From Octopus bimaculoides (Eukaryota): a DNA stretch of 64,000 bases. The stretch lies in NCBI RefSeq assembly GCF_001194135.2, contig NC_068997.1:8885578-8949577 (forward strand). The letters are read 5' to 3'. Made by a program: the position numbers and the translations under genes. This document shows positions 1 through 11,340 of this stretch, one piece after another; position 1 is the stretch's first letter, and the number at the start of each line of letters is the position of its first letter. The notes beneath the pieces are model-generated. The model was not told where the DNA came from and did no database searches. It saw only the letters and a program-made list of their open reading frames with translations.

Positions 1-420
1 GACAGAGAGGAGGGGAGGAGAAAGAGAGAGGATGGGAGGAGAAAGAGAGACAGAGGGAGGGAGAGGATGGGAAGAGAAAGAGGAAGAAACAAGAAAGGAT
101 GAAGGATGTGAGAGGAAGGGAGACACGGACTGAGAAGAGGGGGAAATGAAAAGTGTATGAGGGAGAGGTTGAAGTGACAGAAGGAGAGGAAGGCGTTGTG
201 AGATGCAATGGAAAGGGAAGAGAACTGAGAAAAGAGGAAGATATGCAAGCGAAGGAGAGAGATAAGAAAAAGGAGTGAGATATGGAAAGAAGAGGAAGAT
301 ATGAAAGCGAGGGAGGGAGATGAGAAAAAGAGTAAGATATGGAAGACAGAGAGGGAGAGAGATAGGTGTAAAGAGATAAAGGGAGAGAGAGAGAGAGAAG
401 AAGCGGTACTTATGAAAAAG
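1..420. repeat. GA-rich purine low-complexity tract
   Basis: Almost exclusively G/A on the + strand, with degenerate (GA)n and GAGAAAAG-like units. Confidence 0.85.
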
Positions 421-750
421 AGTGGGAGCAGGTAACGAAGATGTGTAGGACGAAAGATGAAAATTCGTAATTCTAAATGGGATTTGTAATTCAAAGAGTT
501 GTAGAGATAAAGCGAAGAGAAGAAACGAAACGATAGTGAAAAGAAGGGGGGGTTGTAAAGGTTTCTATTTTTAAAGAGAATCAGAGCTAAGTGGTCATTG
601 TAATAAAAGTTAAATGAAAATTACAGTGAGAATCCTCAGAAAGTAAACAAGATTATGTTGTAACTCAAATGTTGCCTAAGTTAAAAGAAAATAAACAAAT
701 AAAAAGGATACTTATTCGTAAAGTAAACAAGATTATGTTGTAACTCAAAT

Positions 751-1461
751 NNNNNNNNNNNNNNNNNNNNNNNNNNNNNNNNNNNNNNNNNNNNNNNNNN
801 NNNNNNNNNNNNNNNNNNNNNNNNNNNNNNNNNNNNNNNNNNNNNNNNNNNNNNNNNNNNNNNNNNNNNNNNNNNNNNNNNNNNNNNNNNNNNNNNNNNN
901 NNNNNNNNNNNNNNNNNNNNNNNNNNNNNNNNNNNNNNNNNNNNNNNNNNNNNNNNNNNNNNNNNNNNNNNNNNNNNNNNNNNNNNNNNNNNNNNNNNNN
1001 NNNNNNNNNNNNNNNNNNNNNNNNNNNNNNNNNNNNNNNNNNNNNNNNNNNNNNNNNNNNNNNNNNNNNNNNNNNNNNNNNNNNNNNNNNNNNNNNNNNN
1101 NNNNNNNNNNNNNNNNNNNNNNNNNNNNNNNNNNNNNNNNNNNNNNNNNNNNNNNNNNNNNNNNNNNNNNNNNNNNNNNNNNNNNNNNNNNNNNNNNNNN
1201 NNNNNNNNNNNNNNNNNNNNNNNNNNNNNNNNNNNNNNNNNNNNNNNNNNNNNNNNNNNNNNNNNNNNNNNNNNNNNNNNNNNNNNNNNNNNNNNNNNNN
1301 NNNNNNNNNNNNNNNNNNNNNNNNNNNNNNNNNNNNNNNNNNNNNNNNNNNNNNNNNNNNNNNNNNNNNNNNNNNNNNNNNNNNNNNNNNNNNNNNNNNN
1401 NNNNNNNNNNNNNNNNNNNNNNNNNNNNNNNNNNNNNNNNNNNNNNNNNNNNNNNNNNNNN
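751..1461. other. Assembly gap (N); further gaps at 11083-11135, 22041-22378, 38144-38153, 47612-47651, 48549-48738
   Basis: Runs of n; ORF-track entries spanning them are artefacts. Confidence 1.
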
Positions 1462-2287
1462 CTTTGCCACTTCCATTATAGCTTTGAATAAATATCTATT
1501 AAAATCAAACTGCACTCTTCAAAACTTGCACTAAGAATAAGGACAAGGTAAAATTACTACCTGCTTTTATAGCAGGTTGATGCAGGTAGTTTATCCCATC
1601 CTCCTCCAACTTTTCATGCAATTGGAAAAACCGCATTATTTATGGGATGACCCAATATTTAGCCCCATGGTAAAAGTATATAACTCTGCTAGCTTTAATC
1701 AACTTGACTGGCTTCAACTTCATGATTGGAAGCTTAACAGCTTGAACAATAATAATATGCACACAAAAGTTAACATGTAAAACAAAGATTGATGAAAAAA
1801 TATTTTACTTGCATTAAAAGCTGTATATATTTATCCTGATGATGACCAGTGTAATAAAACAGAAGTGGGCAACCCCTTTTCCGATCTGTGGGCAATTGGC
1901 ACTTGTTGACTTAAGGGAGTAGGAACTGGCTATTCATGCACAAGGGCGTTATTGGGTCAAAGTGACACTGCAGCTACAATAGGGAGTCGAACCAGATTTG
2001 ATTTGCTGAAAACTTTATAAAAACAGCCTCCCTAAACAGAATGGGTTAAAAAAAAAAAGACCAGAGTGCAATAGATAAAATCCATTACAAAAATATTCAA
2101 TTGATAACCAGTCACTGATGTATGTGTGTGTGTTTGTGTGTGAATGTACATAAATATATGTAAATATAAATGTATACATAAATATAACTTTTAAGTTGAA
2201 ACTAGTCATATCTAGCTCGTCACAACTACGTTACAATGTCATTCTAGCAACCACATCAAAATCTCAAAGCTATGAGATAATGCATGA

Positions 2288-2515
2288 TTAACCCTTTAGC
2301 ATTTAAACCAGCCATATCCTGCCTAAATAATTCTTGTTTTACATTCAATCTGGCCAGATCCAGCCTTTCACACCTACCCAACAATGTTATTCTAAGAATA
2401 AACTATTGCATCATCGAAATCTTGAAGCTACAAGAGCCAATGCCTGATTAACTCAAAAATAGGGGAATAAATAAGCATTACATTTAACAGAATAATCTGA
2501 ATGCTAAGGGGTTAA
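2288..2515. mobile_element. piggyBac-type MITE
   Basis: TTAA duplications at 2288-2291 and 2512-2515 flank TIRs CCCTTTAGCATT / AATGCTAAGGGG; related copies at 44013-44208 and ~62520-62720. Confidence 0.85.
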
Positions 2516-2522
2516 ATCACAA

Positions 2523-2765
2523 TCATTATTTAACGTCCATTTTCCATGCTGGCAGGAGTTGGATGGTTTGACCGGAGCTGAAGTGTGAGAAGATTGCATC
2601 AGGACTGTCTGCTTTGGCATGGTTTTCACAGCTGGATGCCTTTCCTAACACCAACCACCTTACAGAGTGTACTGGATGCTTTTTCACACGGCACCAGCAC
2701 CGGCGAGGTCTACTTTGGCATGGTTTTTACTACTGGATGGTCTTCTAAACTTCAACCACTTTTCA
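2523..2765 (-). mobile_element. RTE-tailed SINE/short non-LTR copy (family B)
   Basis: tttaacgtccattttccatgctggc...ctggatgcctttcctaacaccaacc, shared with many copies in the window; the family ends in a (GAT)n tail on its sense strand. Confidence 0.8.
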
Positions 2766-3643
2766 GAGTGGTCTGTGAATAAAAAAAGTATAATGTTTGA
2801 CCAAGTCATCTAAATGCTGAAGTGTTTTAATACTTTGGAAAGTGAAACTAGAGAGATCTATAAAGACACGACTTTGAATAAAAATCACAATTCTACAAAG
2901 CACAGGTGAGGCCCACAATGTATTAACGCTCCCACACCTGAGCTGGTGCTGCTGTTGCTGCTCGTGCAGATATCTTAGACTGCATCTGGAAAAATGTCAC
3001 ATGACCAACTGACATATAGTCACTCACAGACATGTAGTTGCAATATGCCTGTCCAACATTCTGATCTCGACATTTTCTTAACTTCATGTAGCTCAGGGAT
3101 GTTAAATCGCAGACCTTTCCAATAAACTTTTGTGTAAATAGACTTGTTTTCCATTAATATTGGTCTCACATTTGCTTCATACAACAGAAGCTGGAATTAA
3201 CCACACTGGCTTTTACAGGTCTTAGTGATTCACAAAATGATTAAGTTCAATATCAACTATCTGAGCACAAAGACATGCTATGGTCAGCTTCCGTTTTTCC
3301 CTGCCTCTGGTAACAATAACAGAAGACCCACTTATATTGCAGTTGGATTTTAACCTTTTCACTGTGAAATTAATTCCAGTAATGACGTTAAAAATCTTAC
3401 CAAAAAATAGAATTGGTATTTTCTGCAAGTCACATTGCCTCAATAAACTTGACATGTCTCAACAGAAAATAGTTCCAAAAGATAAATTGGTATATAAAAG
3501 TGCTTTCCACTGTTAGGAGTAATGAAATTTTGATTGGATAGATCTTGATTTCTGCAATAAGAGGGTAAATTTAGTGTAGCCAACCCCTGCAAATATTGTC
3601 CTTGGGCTGCGAAATCAAAATTGATCAAAATAAATTAAATTGT

Positions 3644-3649
3644 TTTATT
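3644..3649 (-). promoter_or_regulatory. Candidate MTPAP polyadenylation signal AATAAA
   Basis: AATAAA on the minus strand ~28 nt after the TGA stop, followed by U-rich sequence. Confidence 0.4.
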
Positions 3650-3676
3650 TACAGGTAAAAATAAAAAGAAGAAAAA

Positions 3677-3987
3677 TCATCTGTATAAGTCGTGGACATT
3701 GAACTTTTTCTTTAAGACTCTTTTAGAGTCTTCAGTCAGAAATATATTGACTAGAGACATTCCAGAGTTGTTCAGATGCCACAATGTCGTTTTGAAGGTT
3801 TCGGTCAATTTCATCATCTCTCTGTTACTGACATTTTTGGCAATGTTCAATTCTATGTCTAATGGATTTTCTATGTACAATGCTGAATAGTCTGGTTTTA
3901 GAAAACATTTTCCGTGCAATGGAGACAAAGCATGTTGTTTAAAGTCAAACACAGAATAGAAGTTGAAGAATTCTATCAACAGATCAC
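3677..3987 (-). CDS. MTPAP: MTPAP exon 7 (terminal; PAP-associated/nucleotide-recognition region)
   Basis: Acceptor ttttcag at 3988-3989, phase 1; (G)DLLIEFFNFYSVFDF...KPDYSALYIENPLDIELNIAKNVS resembles vertebrate MTPAP LLLKEFFEYFGNF...[24 protein letters not shown] (recalled); TGA at 3677-3679. Confidence 0.93.
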
Positions 3988-4099
3988 CTGAAAATATAAA
4001 ACAGAATTGTTTAATATTTGTTTCAATGATAAAGATGTCAAATAAATTCTTATTTAGGGAACAAACTGATATTATCAATAGTTCAAACATATTTAATGA

Positions 4100-4290
4100 A
4101 GGCATGGCTGTGTAGTTGAGCAGTCAGTAGTTGCAACCATGTGATTTCAGGTTCAATCCCACTGCAAGGTACCTTAGGCAAGTGGTGTCTTCCGCAACAA
4201 TACCAAGCTAACCAAAGCATTAGTGGATTTAGTAGATGGAGACTGTGTGGAAGCCTGTCGTGGTGTGTGAGTGTCTAATCTTTTATCCTT
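4100..4290 (+). mobile_element. tRNA-derived SINE, family A (5' part, diverged)
   Basis: tRNA-like head (ggttcaatcccactg) and CORE-like accttaggcaagt. Confidence 0.7.
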
Positions 4291-4724
4291 TTTATCATTG
4301 GACTGCAGCCATGCTGGAGCACTGCCTTGAAGAATTTTGTCAAACAAATCAAACCCAGTATTTTTTTTTTTTTTCTGAAGTCTGGAACTTATTCTATCAG
4401 TTTCTTTTGCTGAAACACTAAATTACAGGGGTCATAAACAAACTAACAGCAGGAGTGGGACAAATGCAAAAATACATCCTCATATATAAGTTACTGGACA
4501 TAAAAACAGCATATACAACACCAATTATAAACACACACAAGCATAGAGTTTCCATTTGCTGAAATCCAGTCACAAGGCATTGGTCAACCTAAGACTCTGC
4601 TCCACAAGAGACACTTTCTCAAAAGATGCTTTGCAATGGAACTGAGCCCTTAGATTTACACCGAAATTAAAACTGTGGAGATCCCAGATAACTGAGTAGG
4701 AAATGAACTGGAGAAGCGGTCAAG

Positions 4725-5160
4725 ATATCGTCATCTTCATTTAATGTCTGTTGTCCATGCTGGCATGGGTTGGATGGTCTGACCAAAGCTGACAAACTTG
4801 GAGGCTGCACTGGACTCCAGTCTGACTTGACATGGTTTCTACAGCTGGATGCCCTTCCTAACATGCCCACCACTTTATAGAGTGTGCAGAGTGCTTTTAC
4901 ATGGCACTGCCAGGAGTGCTTTACACAACCAGAAGGATTGGTCTTCTGCTGTCTGGAGTATGGCCAAGTGCCAGATATCTCGGTCCTTTGTCATCTCACC
5001 TGAAAGGTTCAGTTTCCTGAGGTCAGTCTTCAGTACTTCATCTTATGTCTTCCTGAGTTTCCCACTTCCACGTGTTTCATCCACCTTGAGAGACCAGCAC
5101 TTCTTTATAGAGCTGTCGGCATCCATCTGCATCACATGACCAAACCAGTGCACTCTCCTC
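4725..5160 (-). mobile_element. RTE-tailed SINE/non-LTR 3' fragment (family B)
   Basis: ccatgctggcatgggttgga...ctggatgcccttcctaac hallmark. Confidence 0.8.
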
Positions 5161-5653
5161 CTCTCTTGCAAATATCCAAATCCTGATGAAAGCACCCCAT
5201 GGTGTTCACAGAACAGTATTTCATAGTGTCAATAGAACCAATCGACTTCAAACTGGAACAACTTTCTGACTTCAGACGTAGGAAGACTGTAAAACTGTTG
5301 AATATTTCACTAGATTTCAGAACGGAGTTCAGATTCTGTGAATCTAGAAAAGAAGCCCACTTTGGTACTGTTATCTTGGCTCATCTTTGATTCTGAATAT
5401 GGACTGTACATGAAACATCATATGCAGTTCATCCCTCCATCCCTTAGTAAAAGAATCTTGTTCAGCAATGACAGACAACCATGATAAATTCAATTGTTGA
5501 TGTTACTATTTCAATAAATATCATCTAATAAGCAATCTACCCACAAAAATAACTCCATTTTATAGAAATATTTCACACAATAAATCTGTAGAATCACATC
5601 TTCAGTGTAAGCCTGTACATTCTATAGAGAAGCAATGAAAATGCTGATCTTAC

Positions 5654-5710
5654 CTACTAAGGTTTCATCATCAACAGTGGTTACATCTGTAGGCTGTGCA
5701 TTTTCTTTAG
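5654..5710 (-). CDS. MTPAP: MTPAP exon 6 (57 nt, symmetric phase 1-1)
   Basis: Acceptor ttcttttctgtttgtag, donor GTAAGA; (A)KENAQPTDVTTVDDETLV(G) keeps exons 5 and 7 in frame; DDETLVGDLLIEFF resembles human NTETLELLLKEFF. Confidence 0.8.
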
Positions 5711-6509
5711 CTACAAACAGAAAAGAATAAATTCAAGCATTAACATAAAATTTATCAGTGTTTTGTTGGAGTGTTTCTTATATTTTATTCTGTGTGTCAT
5801 AACTTACATCCAAGAAATTGAGATGTTTACCAGCATGTATGTTTTTTTTGTTTTCTTTTTTTAGCCTTAAGAGGAAAGGCCTCCGAAACAAGTTGTAGAA
5901 AGCAGTAATCCTCAGATCAGAGACCTGCCCCCTCCTCCAAACAAATACTTGCAACGGGATGGACTCAACTAAAGGTAACCAAGGACCTGGTGCTGGCTCA
6001 AGTCAGGTGGTTAGACTGACTATACCAGCCTCGAGCAAAGAAAGTGATTCTAACAGGCTTCCATACAGTGTTTTCTAAACTTTATTGTCAAGGCTATCTA
6101 AACAGCATAGTTTTATATATTTTACTAGGGAGGCACAGGTGCAGAGAGATCAATTCATCCATCATCTCCACCCACAATTCCTGGGAAGCAATACCATCCA
6201 CTTTGGGAACCACTGTTCTAGAGGGTCCTATCAGAAGTAACCATCATTACATCTTTCAGACCGGATTCCCAAGCTTGACCAACTGAAACTATGGATATTA
6301 TCCAACCACCCCATTATTGGTCTGTCCCCTAAGTCTCCTGCCAGTTGCCTCGGCTTCAATTCTTTCCTGCAACATTCTAATCACATATTCATAGTACTGG
6401 AATCATGATCTCTCAATGCAGAGAAGTAGTGATTTGACCTGGACAGACTCCCTGATCTCCAAGCTATGCACCCTGTCCAGTAATGTCACTTCAGAGGAAC
6501 CCCACTTCG

Positions 6510-6780
6510 GTTGCTCGCATTTGTGATCATACTCTTTCAGTCTTGCTATAAGAATATATTCTTCATAGAGTTTATATATATAAGCACGGGTTTAATAATT
6601 AAAATAAATTTAATTCTATCTTCAAAACGACTTTTACGAGGAATTCCTATAATTCAAACGTCCAGCTTCCCGTTTCTACGACCACTGCAAGCTCAACCGT
6701 ATCATCTCATAATTATCTCCCTTGTATAATGATAGTCCAGTGAGGGTTCTTAAGGGAGATAATTCCTTCATCAAATCAAA
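6510..6780 (-). mobile_element. Possible Penelope-like element 3' fragment
   Basis: Minus strand reads ...KSRFEDRIKFILIIKPVL (resembles the PLE GIY-YIG end R..E..FI.K.KP.LN); adjacent TTGATGAAGG.. pLTR-like sequence and a 13-bp inverted repeat. Confidence 0.3.
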
Positions 6781-6931
6781 TTGCAGAAATTATACAAAAC
6801 TGATCTCATTTTACGCCCTTAAAGTTGACATTTCCTCAGTTTAATAAATATAGAAAAATAAGTAGTATAAGTTAGTCTTCAAATTTAAGGTAAAATCAAG
6901 GAAAAGTCATAATCATCTTCATTGCTTATTC

Positions 6932-7322
6932 ATAGGCGCAAGAGTGGCTGTGTGGTAAGTAGCTTGCTCACCAACCACATGGTTCCGGGTTCAGTCCCAC
7001 TGTGTGGCATCTTGGGCAAGTATCTTCTACTACAGCCTCAGGCCGACCAAAGCCTTGTGAGTGGATTTGGTAGACAGAAACTGAAAGAAGCCCGTCGTAT
7101 ATATGTATATGTGTGTGTATGTTTGACTGTCTGTGTTTGTCCCCCCTAGCATTGCTTGACAACCGATGCTGGTGTGTCCCCATCACTTAGCAGTTTGGCA
7201 AAAGAGACTGATAGAATAAGTACTAGGCTTACAAAGAATAAGTCCCGGGGTCGATTTGCTCGACTAAATGGCGGTGCTCCAGCATGGCCACAGTCAAATG
7301 ACTGAAACAAGTAACAGAATAA
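6932..7322 (+). mobile_element. Full-length tRNA-derived SINE, family A
   Basis: Box A-like tggctgtgtgg, box B-like ggttcagtccc, CORE-like catcttgggcaagt, central (TG/TA) tract, tail atggccacagtcaaatgactgaaacaag. Confidence 0.9.
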
Positions 7323-7664
7323 GGACTGCAGTATAGCAAATCTCCGTTCTTCTTGGAGATATTATCTCATCTGTGATGTCAAGCACCTAGAGATTTCCCC
7401 CACCTCCCACTCTACTTTTTTTCCATATCTTTAGACTTCTTCCAAAGACGCCTTTATGTCTTCCGTAAATAAAATGACCAGTAGCATTTTGACAAGCAGA
7501 AATGTGGAATAAAGTATCTTAGTTGGAAAAAAAATAATAATGGTCAGCATTGAAGACATTCAGCAGAGAGAATGAATGTTTTCTTGAAGCAATGCCAACC
7601 TGGAAAAGTTGATGATGATGGTGATGATGATGAAAGAACAGTAGAAAGTAATGTGACATCTTAC

Positions 7665-7885
7665 CGTTCAAAATGGATGAAAAAGATGGAAGGATCGGTT
7701 TTGCCCGAAGCTGTAGGAAGCAAATGACCAATAAAGATAGCATGAAGTTACTCAACCATGGCCCAGGGTGTTGGTGGCTGATGTTGTTTACTTTGGCCCA
7801 GTGTCGGACTGTGAAGACCAATGGACACACACGTCGGTCCATCACACCCAACATATACATTACATTAGACATGGTTACACCAGAA
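7665..7885 (-). CDS. MTPAP: MTPAP exon 5
   Basis: Acceptor ttttccag at 7886-7887 (phase 2), donor GTAAGA (phase 1); DRRVCPLVFTVRHWAK...PGPWLSNFMLSLLVICFLQLRAKPILP resembles human DSRVRALVFSVRCWAR...[27 protein letters not shown]. Confidence 0.95.
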
Positions 7886-8118
7886 CTGGAAAACACAAAA
7901 AAATAAACAAACACATACAGTGATCCCTCAAAAATATTCGATCAACTTAAACAAAAAAAAAAGAAAAACAAACAGAAAAAATATATACTTTAGATAGGTT
8001 TTTTTTATGGTTATCTCTACAGATTTTCAGTAGAAATTAAAGCCAGCACTGATCTGTTATGTTTTGTAAACATTGTAACAAATCAGTGCCAACTATAATT
8101 TCTACAAAAAATTCTTCC

Positions 8119-8340
8119 TTTAACATCCATTTTCCATGCTGACTTGGACTGGACAATTTAACCAAAGCTGGGAAGCTGCACCAGGTTCCAGTTTGATTTA
8201 GCTTGGTTTCTATGGCTGGATGCCCTTCCTAATGCCAATTACTTCGCAGAGTGTGCTGGGTGCTTTTTACATGTCTCCAGAATGAGCGCTTTTACGTGAC
8301 ACCAGCACGAGTGCTTTTTACGTGGCACCAGCACAGGATT
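8119..8340 (-). mobile_element. RTE-tailed SINE (family B)
   Basis: ctggatgcccttcctaatgccaa motif and repeated acgtggcaccagcac units. Confidence 0.75.
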
Positions 8341-8706
8341 CTTAAAGGTCAATCCTCTTCATCAGGGGCTGCGACCTTAACACTTTTGCCATGGAGGACA
8401 GGTCAGTGATTTAATAGCACTACTAACACAGTGGGACACAGAATTGACTTATAAGGCCTCTAATATACTTGGTAGAATATTATGGTTGCACAACCAAATA
8501 CAGTGTCCCTACAAGTAATTACTACTTTAAATAGAGTACATGCAATGGTGGTGGGGTTAACCCACAGCTCTGATCAAAAGGTATTCCAGCAATAAGAACA
8601 AACTTTCACAATAATTCTAATGCTAAGTAATCAAAAATTTGCACAATGACATCATCAATGTTGTCAAAAGTGAATGTTAAAAAGAAAGAAAAGAAAACGA
8701 GCTTAC

Positions 8707-8924
8707 GTGTCCTGTAGAGATAAATCACATTCTATATCACAAGCTTCATGGTAAAACTTAATAATTGGAACACGTGCTCTTAATATTGGATTAATCCGAA
8801 CACATGAAGGGATAAAATTCTCAATCATTTCAGCAAAAACCTTGAGATTTCGACAGGAGAAACTACGTTCTTCTTCATCATGCTTCAATTTGGTTAAAAA
8901 CTTTAATCTGTTGTTTGTATTCTC
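8707..8924 (-). CDS. MTPAP: MTPAP exon 4 (third catalytic Asp, CDLS)
   Basis: Acceptor cgtttcag at 8925-8926 (phase 0), donor GTAAGC (phase 2); ENFIPSCVRINPILRARVPIIKFYHEACDIECDLS resembles human [35 protein letters not shown]. Confidence 0.95.
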
Positions 8925-8959
8925 CTGAAACGAATGAAAAAAATGTTTTACTTTCCATT

Positions 8960-9490
8960 ATCATCATCATTTAACATCCGTTTTCCATGCTGGCATGGGT
9001 TGGACAGTTTGACAAGAGCCAGTAAGCTGAAGGGCTGCACCAGATACCAGTCATCTGATTTGGCATGGTTTCTACAACTGGGTGCCATTTCTATCGCCAA
9101 CCACTTTACAGAGTGTACTGAGTGCATTTTACGTGGCACCAGTACAGGTGCTAAGAACAGTTATTTTTAAACCCACATTTGTCTTTGAATTTTCACCATA
9201 GGTTGCCAGTGCCACCTGACTGGCTCCCATGTCGGTGGCACATAAAAAGCACCATCCAAACGTGACCAATGCCGGTACTGCCTGACTTGCCCTTGTGCCG
9301 GTGGCACATAAAAAGTACCCACTACACTCTTGGAGTGGTCAGCATTACGAAGGGCATCTTGCTGTAGAAACATTGTCAGATCAGACTGGAGCCTGGTGCA
9401 TCCTCCTGGCTTGCCAGCCCTCAGTCAAACTGTCCAACCCATGCCAGCATGGAAAGCAGACATTAAACAACGACGACGACGATGATGATA
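8960..9490. mobile_element. Two family-B SINE copies in inverted orientation (minus ~8960-9150, plus ~9190-9490)
   Basis: (CAT)n at the left, (GAC/GAT)n tail at the right; 8982-9013 is the exact reverse complement of 9424-9455. Confidence 0.85.
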
Positions 9491-9817
9491 CCCAAATTTT
9501 TTAATGTGTTTTTATCTTTTTTTCTACTGAAAGATTCTGTTCAAAATGTTAGACTTCATCACCTCCTCACAGCAAAATAATTTATTCCTCTTGGTGAACT
9601 TTTACTAGTTACTATTTACCTAACAGTTGTAGGTGGCTAATTAGCAGATCATCTGGAAATGTTACCTGTGAGAGGCTGAGGTACCATCCATGGAAAGATT
9701 TAGCTCTCACCTGATATTTACACCCATATAAATACATTAAATTAAAAATCAATATATTTCAATGTATCTATATATATAAAATTCAATTGTAAATAACTCG
9801 ATGCTTCCTCAACTTAC

Positions 9818-10030
9818 CTGTGATTTCGAAGTACACAAGTTCAAGATCATATCAAGATCACAGCTGTTACGGCCAAATCCATTAACGGAAGAACCAAAGG
9901 GATATACATGACAGTGAGGAAACAGACTCTTCAACATGTCTTCCAGAGTTGAACAGATGAAAAAACGAAGACGCTGGCCTAAATCAGTTAATTGCAGGTG
10001 TTGATAAAGCATTTCCATTTGTTCAGTCAT
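9818..10030 (-). CDS. MTPAP: MTPAP exon 3 (Pol beta-type nucleotidyltransferase signature)
   Basis: Acceptor ttttag at 10031-10032, donor GTAAGT, phase 0-0; PFGSSVNGFGRNSCDLD matches the hG[GS]x7-13DhD motif (human PFGSSVNTFGKLGCDLD). Confidence 0.97.
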
Positions 10031-10464
10031 CTAAAAATAAAAGAAAAAATATATAAATAAAAAGTCTTTCTTTTTCTTTATTTTGTCAAAAAGGGAAGAA
10101 CATTACCCATGAGCCTCTACTTTTTCAGAACCCCTTAAAGTGGTTAGTGAGGAGTTGTCCTCATATTGAAGACTTGGTCTAAATGTTTGATTCAAAGGGG
10201 ACACAGAGTGCACCTAAGAACCAAGTGATGGTGTTAGACTAAAACAGATTAAACTGACCATCCAAGAACTAAAAATGCTTAGGACTGGAATAAATACAAT
10301 TCCACTGATCCCCCAAACTGGGCTTCAAAACAATGAAAAACGAAGTTGACCCTGGCAAGATTTGAACCAAGAACACAGAAAGCCAAAATAAATAAAACAT
10401 CTGCCAATTTGTCACTTAGTAATAACATATTTAATGCAGTGAGCATTAAGAATTTAACTAGAGA

Positions 10465-10695
10465 TAATAATAATAATAATCCTTTCTACTATAAGCACAA
10501 GGTCTGAAATTTGAGGGGAGGGGACTAGTCGATTACATCGACCCCAGTGTTTTACTGGTACTTAATTTATCAACCCCAAAAGGATGGAAGGCTAAGTCGA
10601 CCTTTTCAGAATTTGACTTCTGACCATAAAGATGGACAAAATGCCGCTAAGCATTCCACCCAGCATACTAACAATTCTGCCAGCTTGCTGCTTTA
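10465..10695 (-). mobile_element. tRNA-derived SINE, family C (Meta-like central domain), (ATT)n tail
   Basis: Sense strand contains gtcgacttagccttccatccttttggggttgataaattaagtaccag; many copies (12790-12990, 14700-14860, 19620-20010, 26860-27095, 37500-37880, 56050-57300, 61343-61560). Confidence 0.85.
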
Positions 10696-10722
10696 AAGAT
10701 GATAGTAATAACCATTATTTAG

Positions 10723-10921
10723 CATCCATTGGACTATTAAATGTGGAGCATCGTTGAGCTAGAGATCAATGAACACGCCCATAACACCAAAGATTCTTTG
10801 AAAGCTGCCATAGTCAGAGTAATGTCGAAAAATGAACCAGGACCACTTGATTCGAGCATGGAGATGATTTAGATCTCATATAGAAGCAGTTGCCGAAGCT
10901 GAAGGTGGCTTTATTGAATAG
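10723..10921 (+). mobile_element. Tc1/mariner-superfamily (maT/DD37D-like) transposase C-terminal remnant
   Basis: HPLDY*MWSIVELEINEHAHNTKDSLKAAIVRVMSK/MNQDHLIRAWR*FRSHIEAVAEAEGGFIE*, with stops and one frameshift. Confidence 0.75.
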
Positions 10922-10949
10922 CATTACAGAAAAGAAAGTTTATTTTTAT

Positions 10950-11340
10950 TATCATCATCATCATCATCATCATCATCGTTTAACGTCCGCTTTCCATGCT
11001 AGCATGGGTTGGACGATTTGACTGAGGACTGGTGAAACCGGATGGCAACACCAGGCTCCAATCTAAATTTGGCAGAGTTTCTNNNNNNNNNNNNNNNNNN
11101 NNNNNNNNNNNNNNNNNNNNNNNNNNNNNNNNNNNAGGCGATACTGGCAACGGCCACGCTCGAAATGGTGTCTTTTATGTGCCACCCACACAAGCCAGTC
11201 CAGGGGCACTGGCAACGATCTCACTCGAAAATCCTACGAAGGCCAGTCAGGCAGTACTGGCAACGGCCACGCTCAAAATGGTGCATCTTATGTGCCACCC
11301 ACACAAGAGCCAGTCCAGGGGCACTGGCAACGATCTTTTT
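10950..11340 (-). mobile_element. Family-B SINE with an internal ~110-bp tandem duplication (spans a gap)
   Basis: (CAT)n then gtttaacgtccgctttccatgctagcatggg; duplicated actggcaacggccacgctc...ggcactggcaacgatct unit. Confidence 0.8.

Noticed and set aside
641-750. 31-nt direct repeat (aagtaaacaagattatgttgtaactcaaat) before the first gap
   Set aside because: Ends exactly at a gap edge; probably an assembly overlap artefact
745-1515. 256-aa and other long ORFs through N-runs (also 21998-22438, 48491-48955)
   Set aside because: Open only because N codons are untranslated
5186-5400. CTGATGA hammerhead-like start and a ~70-codon minus-strand frame in MTPAP intron 6
   Set aside because: No GAAA core partner; no donor for the frame, and the MTPAP model is complete without it
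6932-7010. tRNA gene
   Set aside because: A/B-box-like sequences belong to SINE heads; no cloverleaf. No true tRNA, rRNA or CRISPR array was seen in the window
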